A stretch of DNA of 27,205 nucleotides from a virus: the UHGV virus genome UHGV-0267347, one strand, 5' to 3'. Below are positions 7,797 to 15,439 of the stretch, in pieces. Every line of letters starts with the position of its first letter. The first letter of the stretch is position 1. Position numbers and translations under genes: made by a program. Under the pieces are notes generated by a model. That model searched no databases. It worked only from the letters and a program-made list of their open reading frames with translations, and was not told the DNA's origin.

Positions 7797-8290
7797 TAAG
7801 CCCCCACGTAATTCCCTGACAGATACCACTCATCACCCGATACAGCGCGCTTGCTGCTTTTCCGTAAACACTGCTCACGACGCGCCAGAAAATTGTTTCG
7901 TTCTGGCTGGGAGTGGCTTTCACGGAATGCCGCCATCCACACCGTTGCAGCACGACGGTATAAGCCCCTGGACTCCAGTTCTTCAGCCTGGCGGGTCAGG
8001 CACAAAATCTCCCGCGGGTCGTTAGTGCTGACATAGAAATTGCGCACAGGTCTGGTTTCACGAACTGGTTGCGGTTCCGCCTCCTGCGCTCTCTCAGTCA
8101 GGCGCGGGAAATGTCTGCGTGTATCCCCTTCACAACGGTGAGCCACACGCCCACTCTGACGTAACTTGCTTGCTGACTGCAGAACGCGCTGCCGTGAGTA
8201 ACCTGCAAAAGCATCCGCAATGTCTCCGGAAGTACACCCCGGATGGGCTTCAATGTATTTCTGAACTTCATTCAAAAGACTCATGATCAC
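7796..8290 (-). CDS. PerC-family-like transcriptional regulator
   Basis: C-terminal AEELESRGLYRRAATVWMAAF resembles the PerC signature (AE.LE..GLWRRAA..W) as recalled; N-terminal region HTH-like. Confidence 0.5.
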   Translation of the reverse strand: MIMSLLNEVQKYIEAHPGCTSGDIADAFAGYSRQRVLQSASKLRQSGRVAHRCEGDTRRHFPRLTERAQEAEPQPVRETRPVRNFYVSTNDPREILCLTRQAEELESRGLYRRAATVWMAAFRESHSQPERNNFLARREQCLRKSSKRAVSGDEWYLSGNYVGA

Positions 8291-9228
8291 CCCCTGAATC
8301 CTGCCGGGATCTGGCTGTAGTCCACGTTGTCGTAACTGGCTTTGAAGTACGGGTCTTCGCGTTTTTCTGTGTACGTGCTGACGGACGGCGATAAGCGCAG
8401 GGAAAGCTCATCCCATTTTTCCCGCAGCTTCGACGGGCTGAGCACGTTACGGCACCAGAACGGATCGCGGCTGACGCGGCTGTACATCTCGCAGATTTGT
8501 TTGTGAGTACGACCATCCTGCACACACATCAGGCGAATTTCGTTTGCCCAGGCTGTCCAGTTCGGTTCTTTGGGACGAACCACCTCGCCGTCACATTCGG
8601 CGGCTTGCTCGTACAGGGCGATGATTTTTTTCCAGAGCCACTGTGCGCAGGTCAAATCATCCTGCGTTCCCCACTGGCGCTTTTTAGGGCTGAATACAAC
8701 CGCATCAGGATGGCGAGTTAAAAAATCCTGTTCATCCGTCTGCGTGTCCGGTTGCGAAGCGTCCGGACGAGAAGGTTTTTTATCTGACGGATCATGTTTT
8801 GATTTTACTGACGGATCCCCGCCAGATTCTGACGGGTGAAAACCCGCTTTTTTGCCAGATTTCGACGCATCAAATTTTGACGGGTCAGATTTTGATGCGT
8901 CAGATTTTGACGGGTCAGAATCTGACAGTTGAGAAAATGCCGCTGCCTGAAGCTTCGCAACGTTAAGCTGATAAACATTCGACGCATTGCGGTTACCCTG
9001 GCGACGCGCCTTACGCGTTAACCAGCCTTCTGCTTCCAGCCGTGCGATAGCCGTCCTGACGGTACTCATCCCCGCGCCAATCTGACGGGCAATAGTTTCA
9101 ATTGATGGCCAGCACACACCTTCGTCATTACTGAAATCAGCTAGGCGGGCCATAATTGCCACGCTGGATAATTTCATGCCTGATGCAGCGCAACCATCCC
9201 ATACATAGCCGGTTAATTTAGTGCTCAT
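8287..9228 (-). CDS. phage replication initiation protein (N-terminal wHTH, conserved phage C-terminal domain) with embedded iterons
   Basis: N-terminus SVAIMARLADFSNDEGVCWPSIETIARQIGAGMSTVRTAIARLEAEGWL (HTH); low-complexity linker SDPSKSDASKSDPSKFDASKS encoded by DNA repeats; C-terminus with conserved Trp/Cys pattern (CAQWLWKKI...WTAWANEIRLM). Confidence 0.8.
   Translation of the reverse strand: MSTKLTGYVWDGCAASGMKLSSVAIMARLADFSNDEGVCWPSIETIARQIGAGMSTVRTAIARLEAEGWLTRKARRQGNRNASNVYQLNVAKLQAAAFSQLSDSDPSKSDASKSDPSKFDASKSGKKAGFHPSESGGDPSVKSKHDPSDKKPSRPDASQPDTQTDEQDFLTRHPDAVVFSPKKRQWGTQDDLTCAQWLWKKIIALYEQAAECDGEVVRPKEPNWTAWANEIRLMCVQDGRTHKQICEMYSRVSRDPFWCRNVLSPSKLREKWDELSLRLSPSVSTYTEKREDPYFKASYDNVDYSQIPAGFRG
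8777..8935. repeat. iteron array (candidate origin of replication) inside the replication gene
   Basis: At least seven direct repeats of about 15 bp, consensus near GATTTTGACGGGTCA (gattttgacgggtca, gattttgatgcgtca, gattttgacgggtca, gaatctgacagttga, ...), as for ori-lambda inside gene O. Confidence 0.6.
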
Positions 9229-9237
9229 GACCGACCT

Positions 9238-9576
9238 CTATTTCCCTGAATTTACGACGAAACTGTTCGAGCGGGCTGAAGCACTCATGCTCATAGCCTT
9301 CGCGGAGGTAGATAACTCGTTGTGTTTCCGGCTCCCAACGAATGACTCTGACGGGCACTCCGTAGTGATCTTTGAACCAGCGGTTAACTTGTCGCAAAGG
9401 ACTGTCTCCTTCTGCCGGTTGAAATCACCCACAGCCCACTCAGCAAAGCTGTGGGTTACAATTTCCCTGTCACCTGGTACATTAACTGCATAGCAATACT
9501 CCACCTTCGCTTTTCCACCCGGTACAGGAAGCGCAATCAGTTGCGAGCGACGGTAGTGTGTTGTTAAACTGTTCAT
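9238..9576 (-). CDS. hypothetical protein (112 aa)
   Basis: Only long frame on the operon strand between the CII-like gene and the replication gene; low-complexity C-terminus; a competing plus-strand ORF (9221..9493) exists. Confidence 0.4.
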   Translation of the reverse strand: MNSLTTHYRRSQLIALPVPGGKAKVEYCYAVNVPGDREIVTHSFAEWAVGDFNRQKETVLCDKLTAGSKITTECPSESFVGSRKHNELSTSAKAMSMSASARSNSFVVNSGK

Positions 9577-10181
9577 GCGTTAGTTTCTCCACAGTCACGA
9601 CACGCCACGGCGCCCGGAGCTGCACACTCGCGGGCGTCATTACTTTCTGAAATGCAAAAGATTTTGTAGACCAGTGCTGCATGCTCCTGCAGCTTCGAAA
9701 TTGAGAGATACAGCTCGTCGTTAATTGCTGTCTTCTCATGCGGTTCCACCACACCGTCTTCGATTGCCGAACGAATCTGTCTGGAATAACTGCCAATCTG
9801 TTCAATGACTTCCAGCAGGCGCTGGTTAATATCGGCGTTGTCCACATCCTCGACGTCAGGAAGAGACACAAAGACGCCATTTGCAGACTGCGCCACAGCG
9901 TCAGCAATGAAGTGAGTTCCACCAGCACGTTGCAAAATCATTGCCCATCCCAGCGGGAAAATCTGATCGCCATCGGCACGAAGGCGGTTAAATAATGCGT
10001 TTTCTGTTACATCCAGCCAGTCAGCTGCTTCAGCGTAACCACCCGGCAACGCTGCGATAGTTTTTCTGACAGCTTTCACGTACCACTCAGGCTGTTTTTC
10101 TACTTTCCAGTGATGCTTACCCACGGTTAGCCTCATCGTTCTGTGGTTTCTGTTAATCGATTTATCCATTAGATTTTTCAT
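9573..10181 (-). CDS. CII/YdaT-like regulatory protein
   Basis: Start chosen at ATG 10181 (MKNLMDKS...), just past the Cro-like stop; position directly after cro and before the replication genes is that of cII/ydaT-type regulators; no catalytic motif. Confidence 0.55.
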   Translation of the reverse strand: MKNLMDKSINRNHRTMRLTVGKHHWKVEKQPEWYVKAVRKTIAALPGGYAEAADWLDVTENALFNRLRADGDQIFPLGWAMILQRAGGTHFIADAVAQSANGVFVSLPDVEDVDNADINQRLLEVIEQIGSYSRQIRSAIEDGVVEPHEKTAINDELYLSISKLQEHAALVYKIFCISESNDARECAAPGAVACRDCGETNA

Positions 10182-10362
10182 AAAGCTCAGGTTTAAATGG
10201 CAACCGTCCGCAAGTTCTATATGCAGCTTCTGCTGCACGTCCTTTTGGAATTAACTGGCCCGGACGGTTTCGCCACTGATAAACGGCTTCAGTTGTTATG
10301 CCAAAAAAAGCAGCAACTTTCTCAATACTGCCGAAGTAGCTTTCGATATCGTCAGTTGTCAT
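10162..10362 (-). CDS. cro: Cro-like HTH protein (YdaS-like)
   Basis: 66 aa, HTH with YQW...LIP pattern; divergent from the CI gene across an operator region. Confidence 0.75.
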   Translation of the reverse strand: MTTDDIESYFGSIEKVAAFFGITTEAVYQWRNRPGQLIPKGRAAEAAYRTCGRLPFKPELYEKSNG

Positions 10363-10459
10363 ACGCCCTCCAAACTAAGTTTTATTAGATGCTAATTACA
10401 AATCTATCTTTGGTCAATAAAAACTAAGATTACTTAGCAATTCAAGAAATGGTGCTCCT
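10363..10459. promoter_or_regulatory. OR-like divergent promoter/operator region
   Basis: Two 14-bp palindromes built on CTAAG half-sites: CTAAGTTTTATTAG (10375-10388) and CTAAGATTACTTAG (10424-10437), between divergent cro-like and cI starts. Confidence 0.5.
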
Positions 10460-11086
10460 ATGGAAACGGTTGGTCAGCGTATAAAAGCTCTGAGAAGAGT
10501 TACCGGAACGTCCCAGAAAGAATTGGGTAAATTTTGTGGAGTAAGCGACGTTGCTGTGGGGTACTGGGAGAAAGACATCAATACCCCTGGTGGGGAGGCA
10601 CTTTCGAAATTAGCGAAGTTCTTCAATACGTCAATAGATTACATTCTTTATGGTGCTGAGTTTGAAGGCAAACTCGTCACAAACATGCGCAGAGTTCCTG
10701 TAATATCGTGGGTTCAGGCTGGGCAGTTTACTGAGTGCAGGGCAGCAGAAGTGTTTAGTGAAGTGGACAAGTGGGTAGATACATCATTAAAGATTGGTGA
10801 TAACTCATTTGCATTAGAGGTTAAAGGTGACTCCATGACTAACCCTAATGGCCTCCCAACAATACCAGAAGGCGCAACAGTGATTGTAGATCCAGATGCA
10901 GAACCTCGTCATGGAAAAATAGTCATCGCTCGACTTGATGGAACAAACGAAGCTACAGTAAAAAAATTAGTCATCGATGGCCCTCAAAAGTTTTTAGTGC
11001 CATTAAATCCTCGGTATCCCAACATCCCTATCAATGGTAATTGCCTTATCATTGGTGTAGTCAAAGGAGTTCAATACGAACTCTAA
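10460..11086 (+). CDS. cI: CI-type repressor (XRE HTH + S24 LexA-like peptidase)
   Basis: N-terminal HTH (QKELGKFCGVSDVAVGYWEKD), C-terminal GDSM serine motif (VKGDSMTNP) and downstream Lys (VKKLVIDG), characteristic of autocleaving phage repressors. Confidence 0.9.
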   Translation: METVGQRIKALRRVTGTSQKELGKFCGVSDVAVGYWEKDINTPGGEALSKLAKFFNTSIDYILYGAEFEGKLVTNMRRVPVISWVQAGQFTECRAAEVFSEVDKWVDTSLKIGDNSFALEVKGDSMTNPNGLPTIPEGATVIVDPDAEPRHGKIVIARLDGTNEATVKKLVIDGPQKFLVPLNPRYPNIPINGNCLIIGVVKGVQYEL

Positions 11087-11098
11087 GACCTCTCTTCT

Positions 11099-11166
11099 CT
11101 AACTAAGGCACCGAACTAAGAAAAGTTTGGTGTTTTCTCTTGCCATAATAACTAAGTTAAGTTAGA
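11099..11166. promoter_or_regulatory. OL/pL-like operator region (CTAAG repeats)
   Basis: CTAAG at 11103, 11116 and 11152 plus CTAAGTTAAGTTAG, immediately downstream of the cI stop; mirrors the OR half-sites. Confidence 0.4.
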
Positions 11167-11251
11167 TTTTATATCAAAGATAACGAACAGGCAGGACGCC
11201 CACGAAGTAGCCGCCTGGGGCATATGAAGTCCAGGATGATTCGTTAGCAAC

Positions 11252-11275
11252 AAAAAAGCGCCCTACAGGACGCTT
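11252..11275 (-). terminator. intrinsic terminator (minus-strand sense)
   Basis: aagcgccc-taca-ggacgctt hairpin preceded on the plus strand by AAAAAA, giving stem + UUUUUU for a leftward transcript; would shield cI from the antisense gene at 11512-11946. Confidence 0.45.
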
Positions 11276-11333
11276 AGCTCTTTAACAATCTGGTCCCCAT
11301 CAACAAGTAACTGATAACTTGAGGAGGTGTGAA

Positions 11334-11540
11334 ATGCACAAAACAGAACCCAAAATCGTCGCGCCTGGCTACACAGATGAGGAAATTTATGAGTGGATGA
11401 CAAAGAAGCTGGCAGCTATAAACCAGCTTCGTGAAGTGCTGTCTTATCGACAGGAAACAATAGACTCCTTAAAAAAACTGGATCAGGAAATCACGGTTTT
11501 ATCACAGGATGTTACTTTAGATATTGTGCAGACAAATTAG
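11334..11540 (+). CDS. hypothetical small protein (68 aa), first ORF after the pL-like region
   Basis: ATG at 11334 preceded by GAGGAGGTG SD; coiled-coil-like sequence; overlaps the 3' end of the opposite-strand 144-aa ORF, so it is uncertain. Confidence 0.35.
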   Translation: MHKTEPKIVAPGYTDEEIYEWMTKKLAAINQLREVLSYRQETIDSLKKLDQEITVLSQDVTLDIVQTN

Positions 11541-11946
11541 GATCCCATTCATTTTCGTCAAAATCATCAAAGTGATGAATTTGTGATCTCCAGTCTCGAT
11601 AATCTAAAAATTTCTGGGCGGTTACGCTTATTTTATCAAGTGTGAGTTCATCCTGAATTGAAAGAAGAAGTTCATCAAATTTCATCTCATTAATCTGTTT
11701 TGGCATCCAGTGATGCTTCATCAGAATAAGGTGAACCAGAGCCTTTTTCCCATTCAACTGATTATAGGGAGTGCCGAATTTCTTCCGGTGCTCATGTAAG
11801 ACAAGGTCCAGAAGAGTAAGTAATGTTGCCCTTGATTCAACTTTGCTTATTTCGACTGATGACACTACCCCACTGATTTCAATGCCCCGATACTTTCCAA
11901 CATTTTCACAGTGGGATTTGTACAGCGTGTAGATATTACCGGACAT
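11512..11946 (-). CDS. hypothetical protein (144 aa), antisense to the early-left operon
   Basis: ORF track; AT-rich; intrinsic terminator on the same strand about 240 bp downstream; no motif recognised. Confidence 0.5.
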   Translation of the reverse strand: MSGNIYTLYKSHCENVGKYRGIEISGVVSSVEISKVESRATLLTLLDLVLHEHRKKFGTPYNQLNGKKALVHLILMKHHWMPKQINEMKFDELLLSIQDELTLDKISVTAQKFLDYRDWRSQIHHFDDFDENEWDPNLSAQYLK

Positions 11947-12059
11947 TTCTTTTCCTTTTGCGTTGTTGGGGATAACCAGATTAACCGAATCCTTGTTGTT
12001 GGGGAATAACCAGGTCCACCTCGCCTGATGTGGCTAAAAGCAGGCACATAACAGCTAAG

Positions 12060-12440
12060 TATTTTCAACCAGAGAGAATCCTTAGCGTTGTGGTGAATGC
12101 GGCTCAGCGCACGCGGGTTAAGGTTGAGGCTGACAGTCGACCTTCTGTGGATACCCACCCGCCTGGTGTGCAACCTTCGCCAGGCACCGGGAGGCACCCG
12201 GCACCACAACTTTATGCTGTGTGTAGTCCTGGCGGTACCAGTTTGTACCCTTGCTTCCGGCTGGTACCGTCCTTTTTACAAAACAGAGAAGAGCATCACC
12301 GGACGACGGGCTCATAACCCAATCCATCCGGGCGGCTGCCACCGCAGGTGTTCTTCTCTGTTTTGTGGAGAAACTAACCGCCCCTACGGGGGCATTTATG
12401 GAAATGTAATTGACTCAATAATCGCCGGACGGTGAGGGCT
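12060..12440. other. GC-rich, highly structured non-coding element (candidate structured RNA or regulatory DNA)
   Basis: No convincing ORF (three mutually overlapping Pro/Arg/Gly-rich frames); multiple inverted repeats: gcctgg/ccaggc (12160-12185), cggtaccag/ctggtaccg (12233-12269, 9-bp stem), aaacagagaaga/tcttctctgttt (12280-12362) enclosing further GC stems. Confidence 0.35.
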
Positions 12441-12490
12441 TCCTTTTACCCGAATTCAGCGCGGTGCAGCGCATATACGTGGAGAACAAA

Positions 12491-13027
12491 ATGTCATTTA
12501 TTAAAACTTTTTCCGGGAAGCATTTTTATTATGACAGGATAAATAAAGACGACATCGTTATTAACGATATCGCGGTTTCCCTTTCAAATATCTGTCGCTT
12601 TGCAGGACATCTTTCACACTTCTACAGTGTCGCCCAACATGCGGTGCTTTGCAGCCAGCTGGTGCCGCAGGAATTTGCTTTTGAAGCTTTAATGCATGAT
12701 GCAACAGAAGCATATTGCCAGGACATCCCCGCACCACTGAAACGACTTCTTCCTGACTATAAACGGATGGAAGAAAAAATAGACGCCGTAATCCGTGAGA
12801 AATACGGGTTACCTCCTGTTATGAGCACGCCAGTGAAATATGCCGATCTCATTATGCTGGCAACCGAACGCCGCGATCTCGGGCTTGATGATGGCTCTTT
12901 CTGGCCTGTGCTGGAAGGTATCCCGGCAACAGAGATGTTCAACGTGATTCCACTGGCTCCAGGCCATGCCTACGGGATGTTTATGGAACGCTTTAACGAA
13001 TTATCGGAGTTACGCAAATGCGCATGA
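12491..13027 (+). CDS. HD-domain phosphohydrolase (YfbR-like 5'-deoxynucleotidase family)
   Basis: AQHAVL ... ALMHDATEAYCQDIP matches the H...HD...E..D metal-binding signature of YfbR-type HD hydrolases; ATG 12491 with GGAGAA SD. Confidence 0.75.
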   Translation: MSFIKTFSGKHFYYDRINKDDIVINDIAVSLSNICRFAGHLSHFYSVAQHAVLCSQLVPQEFAFEALMHDATEAYCQDIPAPLKRLLPDYKRMEEKIDAVIREKYGLPPVMSTPVKYADLIMLATERRDLGLDDGSFWPVLEGIPATEMFNVIPLAPGHAYGMFMERFNELSELRKCA

Positions 13028-13380
13028 ATGTTTTCGAAATGGAAGGGTTTCTTCGTGGGAGATGTGTACCGCGAGATCTGAAAGTGAATGAAACGGATGC
13101 TGAATACCTGGTGCGTAAATTCGATGCGCTTGAAGCTAAATGTGCAGCACAGGAAAACAAAGTAATACCAGTGTCAACTGAACTGCCACCAGCAAATGAA
13201 AGTGTTTTGTTATTCGATGCTAACGGAGAAGGCTGGCTAATTGGCTGGCGTTCTCTCTGGTACACCTGGGGACAAAAAGAAACCGGAGAATGGCAGTGGA
13301 CATTTCAGGTCGGGGACCTTGAAAACGTCAATATCACTCACTGGGCAGTAATGCCAAAAGCACCGGAGGCTGGAGCATAA
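13018..13380 (+). CDS. hypothetical phage protein (120 aa, Trp-rich)
   Basis: ORF overlapping the stop of the upstream gene; WLIGWRSLWYTWGQKETGEWQW motif; function unknown. Confidence 0.55.
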   Translation: MRMNVFEMEGFLRGRCVPRDLKVNETDAEYLVRKFDALEAKCAAQENKVIPVSTELPPANESVLLFDANGEGWLIGWRSLWYTWGQKETGEWQWTFQVGDLENVNITHWAVMPKAPEAGA

Positions 13381-13685
13381 TGACCACTTTTACCGACAAA
13401 GAACTGATTAAAGAAATTAAAGAGCGTATCAGCAGCCTTGACGTGCGAGACGATATTGAGCGCCGTGCTTATGAAATCGCACTCCTATCTCTGGAAGTAG
13501 AACCAGATGAACGCGAAGCTTATGAATTATTCATGGAAAAGCGTTTTGGTGACTTAGTAGATCGTCGGAGAGCAAAAAACGGCGATAACGAATACATGGC
13601 ATGGGATATGACTCTCGGTTGGATCGTCTGGCAGCAACGAGCTGGTATCCATTTCTCAACAATGTCACAGCAAGAGGTGAAATAA
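13380..13685 (+). CDS. hypothetical phage protein (101 aa)
   Basis: ATGA overlap with the upstream gene, acidic helical protein; function unknown. Confidence 0.55.
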   Translation: MTTFTDKELIKEIKERISSLDVRDDIERRAYEIALLSLEVEPDEREAYELFMEKRFGDLVDRRRAKNGDNEYMAWDMTLGWIVWQQRAGIHFSTMSQQEVK

Positions 13686-14035
13686 TGGAGCCATACAGCC
13701 TCACACTCGATGAGGCCTGTCATTTTCTCAAGATATCCAGACCGACTGCCATTAACTGGATACGCACAGGGCGTCTTCAGGCAACACGCAAAGATCCCAC
13801 TAAGAATAAATCTCCTTACCTCACAACACGACAAGCCTGCATTGCGGCTCTTCAGTCTCCGCTGCATACTGTCCAGGTGAGCGCGGGTGATGGCATAACA
13901 GAGGAAAGAAAATGTCACTCTTCCGCAGAGGTGAAATATGGTACGCCAGTTTCACATTGCCGAACGGTAAAAGATTTAAACAGTCTCTTGGAACAAAGGA
14001 CAAAAGGCAGGCGACAGAACTCCATGACAAGCTAA
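13685..14035 (+). CDS. xis: excisionase-like HTH DNA-binding protein
   Basis: Internal ATG 13685 ([31 protein letters not shown]): Xis/AlpA-type HTH directly upstream of and overlapping int, as in lambda xis-int. Confidence 0.55.
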   Translation: MEPYSLTLDEACHFLKISRPTAINWIRTGRLQATRKDPTKNKSPYLTTRQACIAALQSPLHTVQVSAGDGITEERKCHSSAEVKYGTPVSHCRTVKDLNSLLEQRTKGRRQNSMTS

Positions 14036-15075
14036 AGGCTGAAGCATGGCGGGTCAGCAAACTTGGTGAAATACCTGATATAACGTTCGAGGAAGCGTGT
14101 GTCAGGTGGCTTGAAGAGAAAGCACATAAAAAATCACTGGACGATGACAAAAGCCGGATCGGATTCTGGCTTCAACATTTCGCAGGAATGCAACTAAGAG
14201 ACATTACTGAATCAAAAATTTATTCAGCAATGCAGAAAATGACGAACCGGCGTCATGAGGAAAACTGGAAACTCAGGGCAGAAGCATGCAGAAAAAAAGG
14301 GAAACCTGTTCCAGAATACACGCCAAAACCAGCGTCCGTTGCAACGAAGGCTACGCATCTTTCATTTATAAAGGCCCTACTAAGAGCCGCAGAGCGTGAA
14401 TGGAAAATGCTGGATAAGGCACCAATTATTAAAGTGCCTCAACCAAAGAATAAACGGATCCGCTGGCTGGAGCCCCATGAAGCACAAAGGCTGATTGATG
14501 AATGTCCGGAGCCATTAAAGTCTGTTGTTGAATTTGCACTGGCAACAGGCTTAAGACGCTCGAACATCATCAACCTTGAATGGCAACAAATAGATATGCA
14601 GCGCCGGGTGGCATGGATAAACCCGGAAGAGAGTAAATCAAACCGCGCAATTGGCGTTGCGCTGAATGATACTGCATGTCGCGTATTGAAAAAACAAATC
14701 GGGAATCATCACCGTTGGGTATTTGTGTACAAGGAAAGCTGTACCAAACCAGACGGAACGAAAGCGCCAACAGTAAGGAAGATGCGGTATGACGCAAACA
14801 CAGCCTGGAAAGCGGCGCTGAGACGGGCTGGTATTGATGATTTCAGATTTCACGACTTGAGACACACCTGGGCAAGTTGGCTGGTTCAAGCCGGAGTCCC
14901 GTTGTCAGTGTTACAGGAAATGGGAGGCTGGGAGTCTATCGAAATGGTTCGTCGATATGCTCACCTTGCACCTAATCACCTTACCGAACACGCACGGCAA
15001 ATAGACTCGATCCTGAACCCATCGGTCCCAAATTTGTCCCAGTCAAAAAATAAGGAAGGTACTAATGATGTGTAA
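13912..15075 (+). CDS. int: tyrosine integrase
   Basis: 387 aa; C-terminal catalytic signature R...HDLRHTWAS...GGW...VRRYAHL (R-H-x-x-R-Y), transcribed toward the att core. Confidence 0.95.
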   Translation: MSLFRRGEIWYASFTLPNGKRFKQSLGTKDKRQATELHDKLKAEAWRVSKLGEIPDITFEEACVRWLEEKAHKKSLDDDKSRIGFWLQHFAGMQLRDITESKIYSAMQKMTNRRHEENWKLRAEACRKKGKPVPEYTPKPASVATKATHLSFIKALLRAAEREWKMLDKAPIIKVPQPKNKRIRWLEPHEAQRLIDECPEPLKSVVEFALATGLRRSNIINLEWQQIDMQRRVAWINPEESKSNRAIGVALNDTACRVLKKQIGNHHRWVFVYKESCTKPDGTKAPTVRKMRYDANTAWKAALRRAGIDDFRFHDLRHTWASWLVQAGVPLSVLQEMGGWESIEMVRRYAHLAPNHLTEHARQIDSILNPSVPNLSQSKNKEGTNDV

Positions 15076-15089
15076 CTTATTGATTTAAA

Positions 15090-15135
15090 TGGTGCCGATA
15101 ATAGGAGTCGAACCTACGACCTTCGCATTACGAAT
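15090..15135 (-). other. thrW: att core: 3' 46 nt of a tRNA-Thr(CGU) gene (anticodon loop to CCA); partial tRNA, 5' half absent
   Basis: Minus-strand sense AUUCGUAAUGCGAAGGUCGUAGGUUCGACUCCUAUUAUCGGCACCA: anticodon loop UUCGUAA (CGU), T-arm GGUUCGACUCC, acceptor 3' strand + CCA; matches recalled thrW 3' half; the expected complementary 5' acceptor strand is missing upstream. Confidence 0.7.
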
Positions 15136-15439
15136 TATAAGAATCCGCTTCTAATTCAAAGTATTACCCCATCAACACTGCGCTCACACGTCCCACCACA
15201 TCAAAACATGTAAAGCCTTGCAAGCCATTGTGAGGCCTTATGTGTCTCAGTTTTGTCCCACCTTGTATTATGACTTGCATAGCCAATGAAGATAAATGTG
15301 ACGACAAACGGCGCAGCAGTCTTCTTTTCCTTCATACTTTCCCCACCCAGCATGCATACCTTCTACCATAACTGTAGTTAATGTCTGTTATGAGCGAGGA
15401 GCGGACATTGCTAACAGCGTTCTGTGCGAATCAAGCAGG

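Larger units (their letters stand above)
1..15135. mobile_element. lambdoid prophage (left part continues beyond the window), int/att end at 15135
   Basis: Canonical lambdoid gene order read right to left: att-int-xis-early left-cI/cro-rep-nin-Q-lysis-HNH(terminase side). Confidence 0.85.

Noticed and set aside
5659-8036. Numerous 60-170 aa ORFs on the plus strand across the nin-like region (e.g. 6144..6398, 6594..6902, 7068..7580, 7753..8025)
   Set aside because: All overlap minus-strand genes with recognisable motifs (KilA-N, RusA, NPPY methyltransferase); treated as GC-driven shadow ORFs.
8805-8987. 60-aa ORF with QNLTRQNL repeats
   Set aside because: Translation of the iteron array in a non-coding frame of the replication gene.
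9221-9493. Plus-strand 90-aa ORF (GTG start) overlapping the 112-aa minus ORF
   Set aside because: Protein-like, but it starts inside the 5' end of the replication gene with no room for a promoter and runs against the operon; unresolved without homology data, so the operon-strand ORF is listed at low confidence instead.
12030-12435. ORFs 12030..12317 (+), 12097..12435 (+) and 12118..12342 (-) in the GC-rich segment
   Set aside because: Three mutually overlapping frames rich in Pro/Arg/Gly, typical of random frames in GC-rich structured DNA; treated as non-coding.
12060-12440. Retron msr/msd ncRNA
   Set aside because: Flanking inverted repeats and stems superficially fit, but no reverse-transcriptase gene (no YADD-type ORF) lies adjacent or anywhere in the window.
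13520-14150. Minus-strand ORFs 13520..13918 and 13821..14150
   Set aside because: Antisense to the xis/int genes, whose motifs are clear; Cys/Ser-rich shadow frames.
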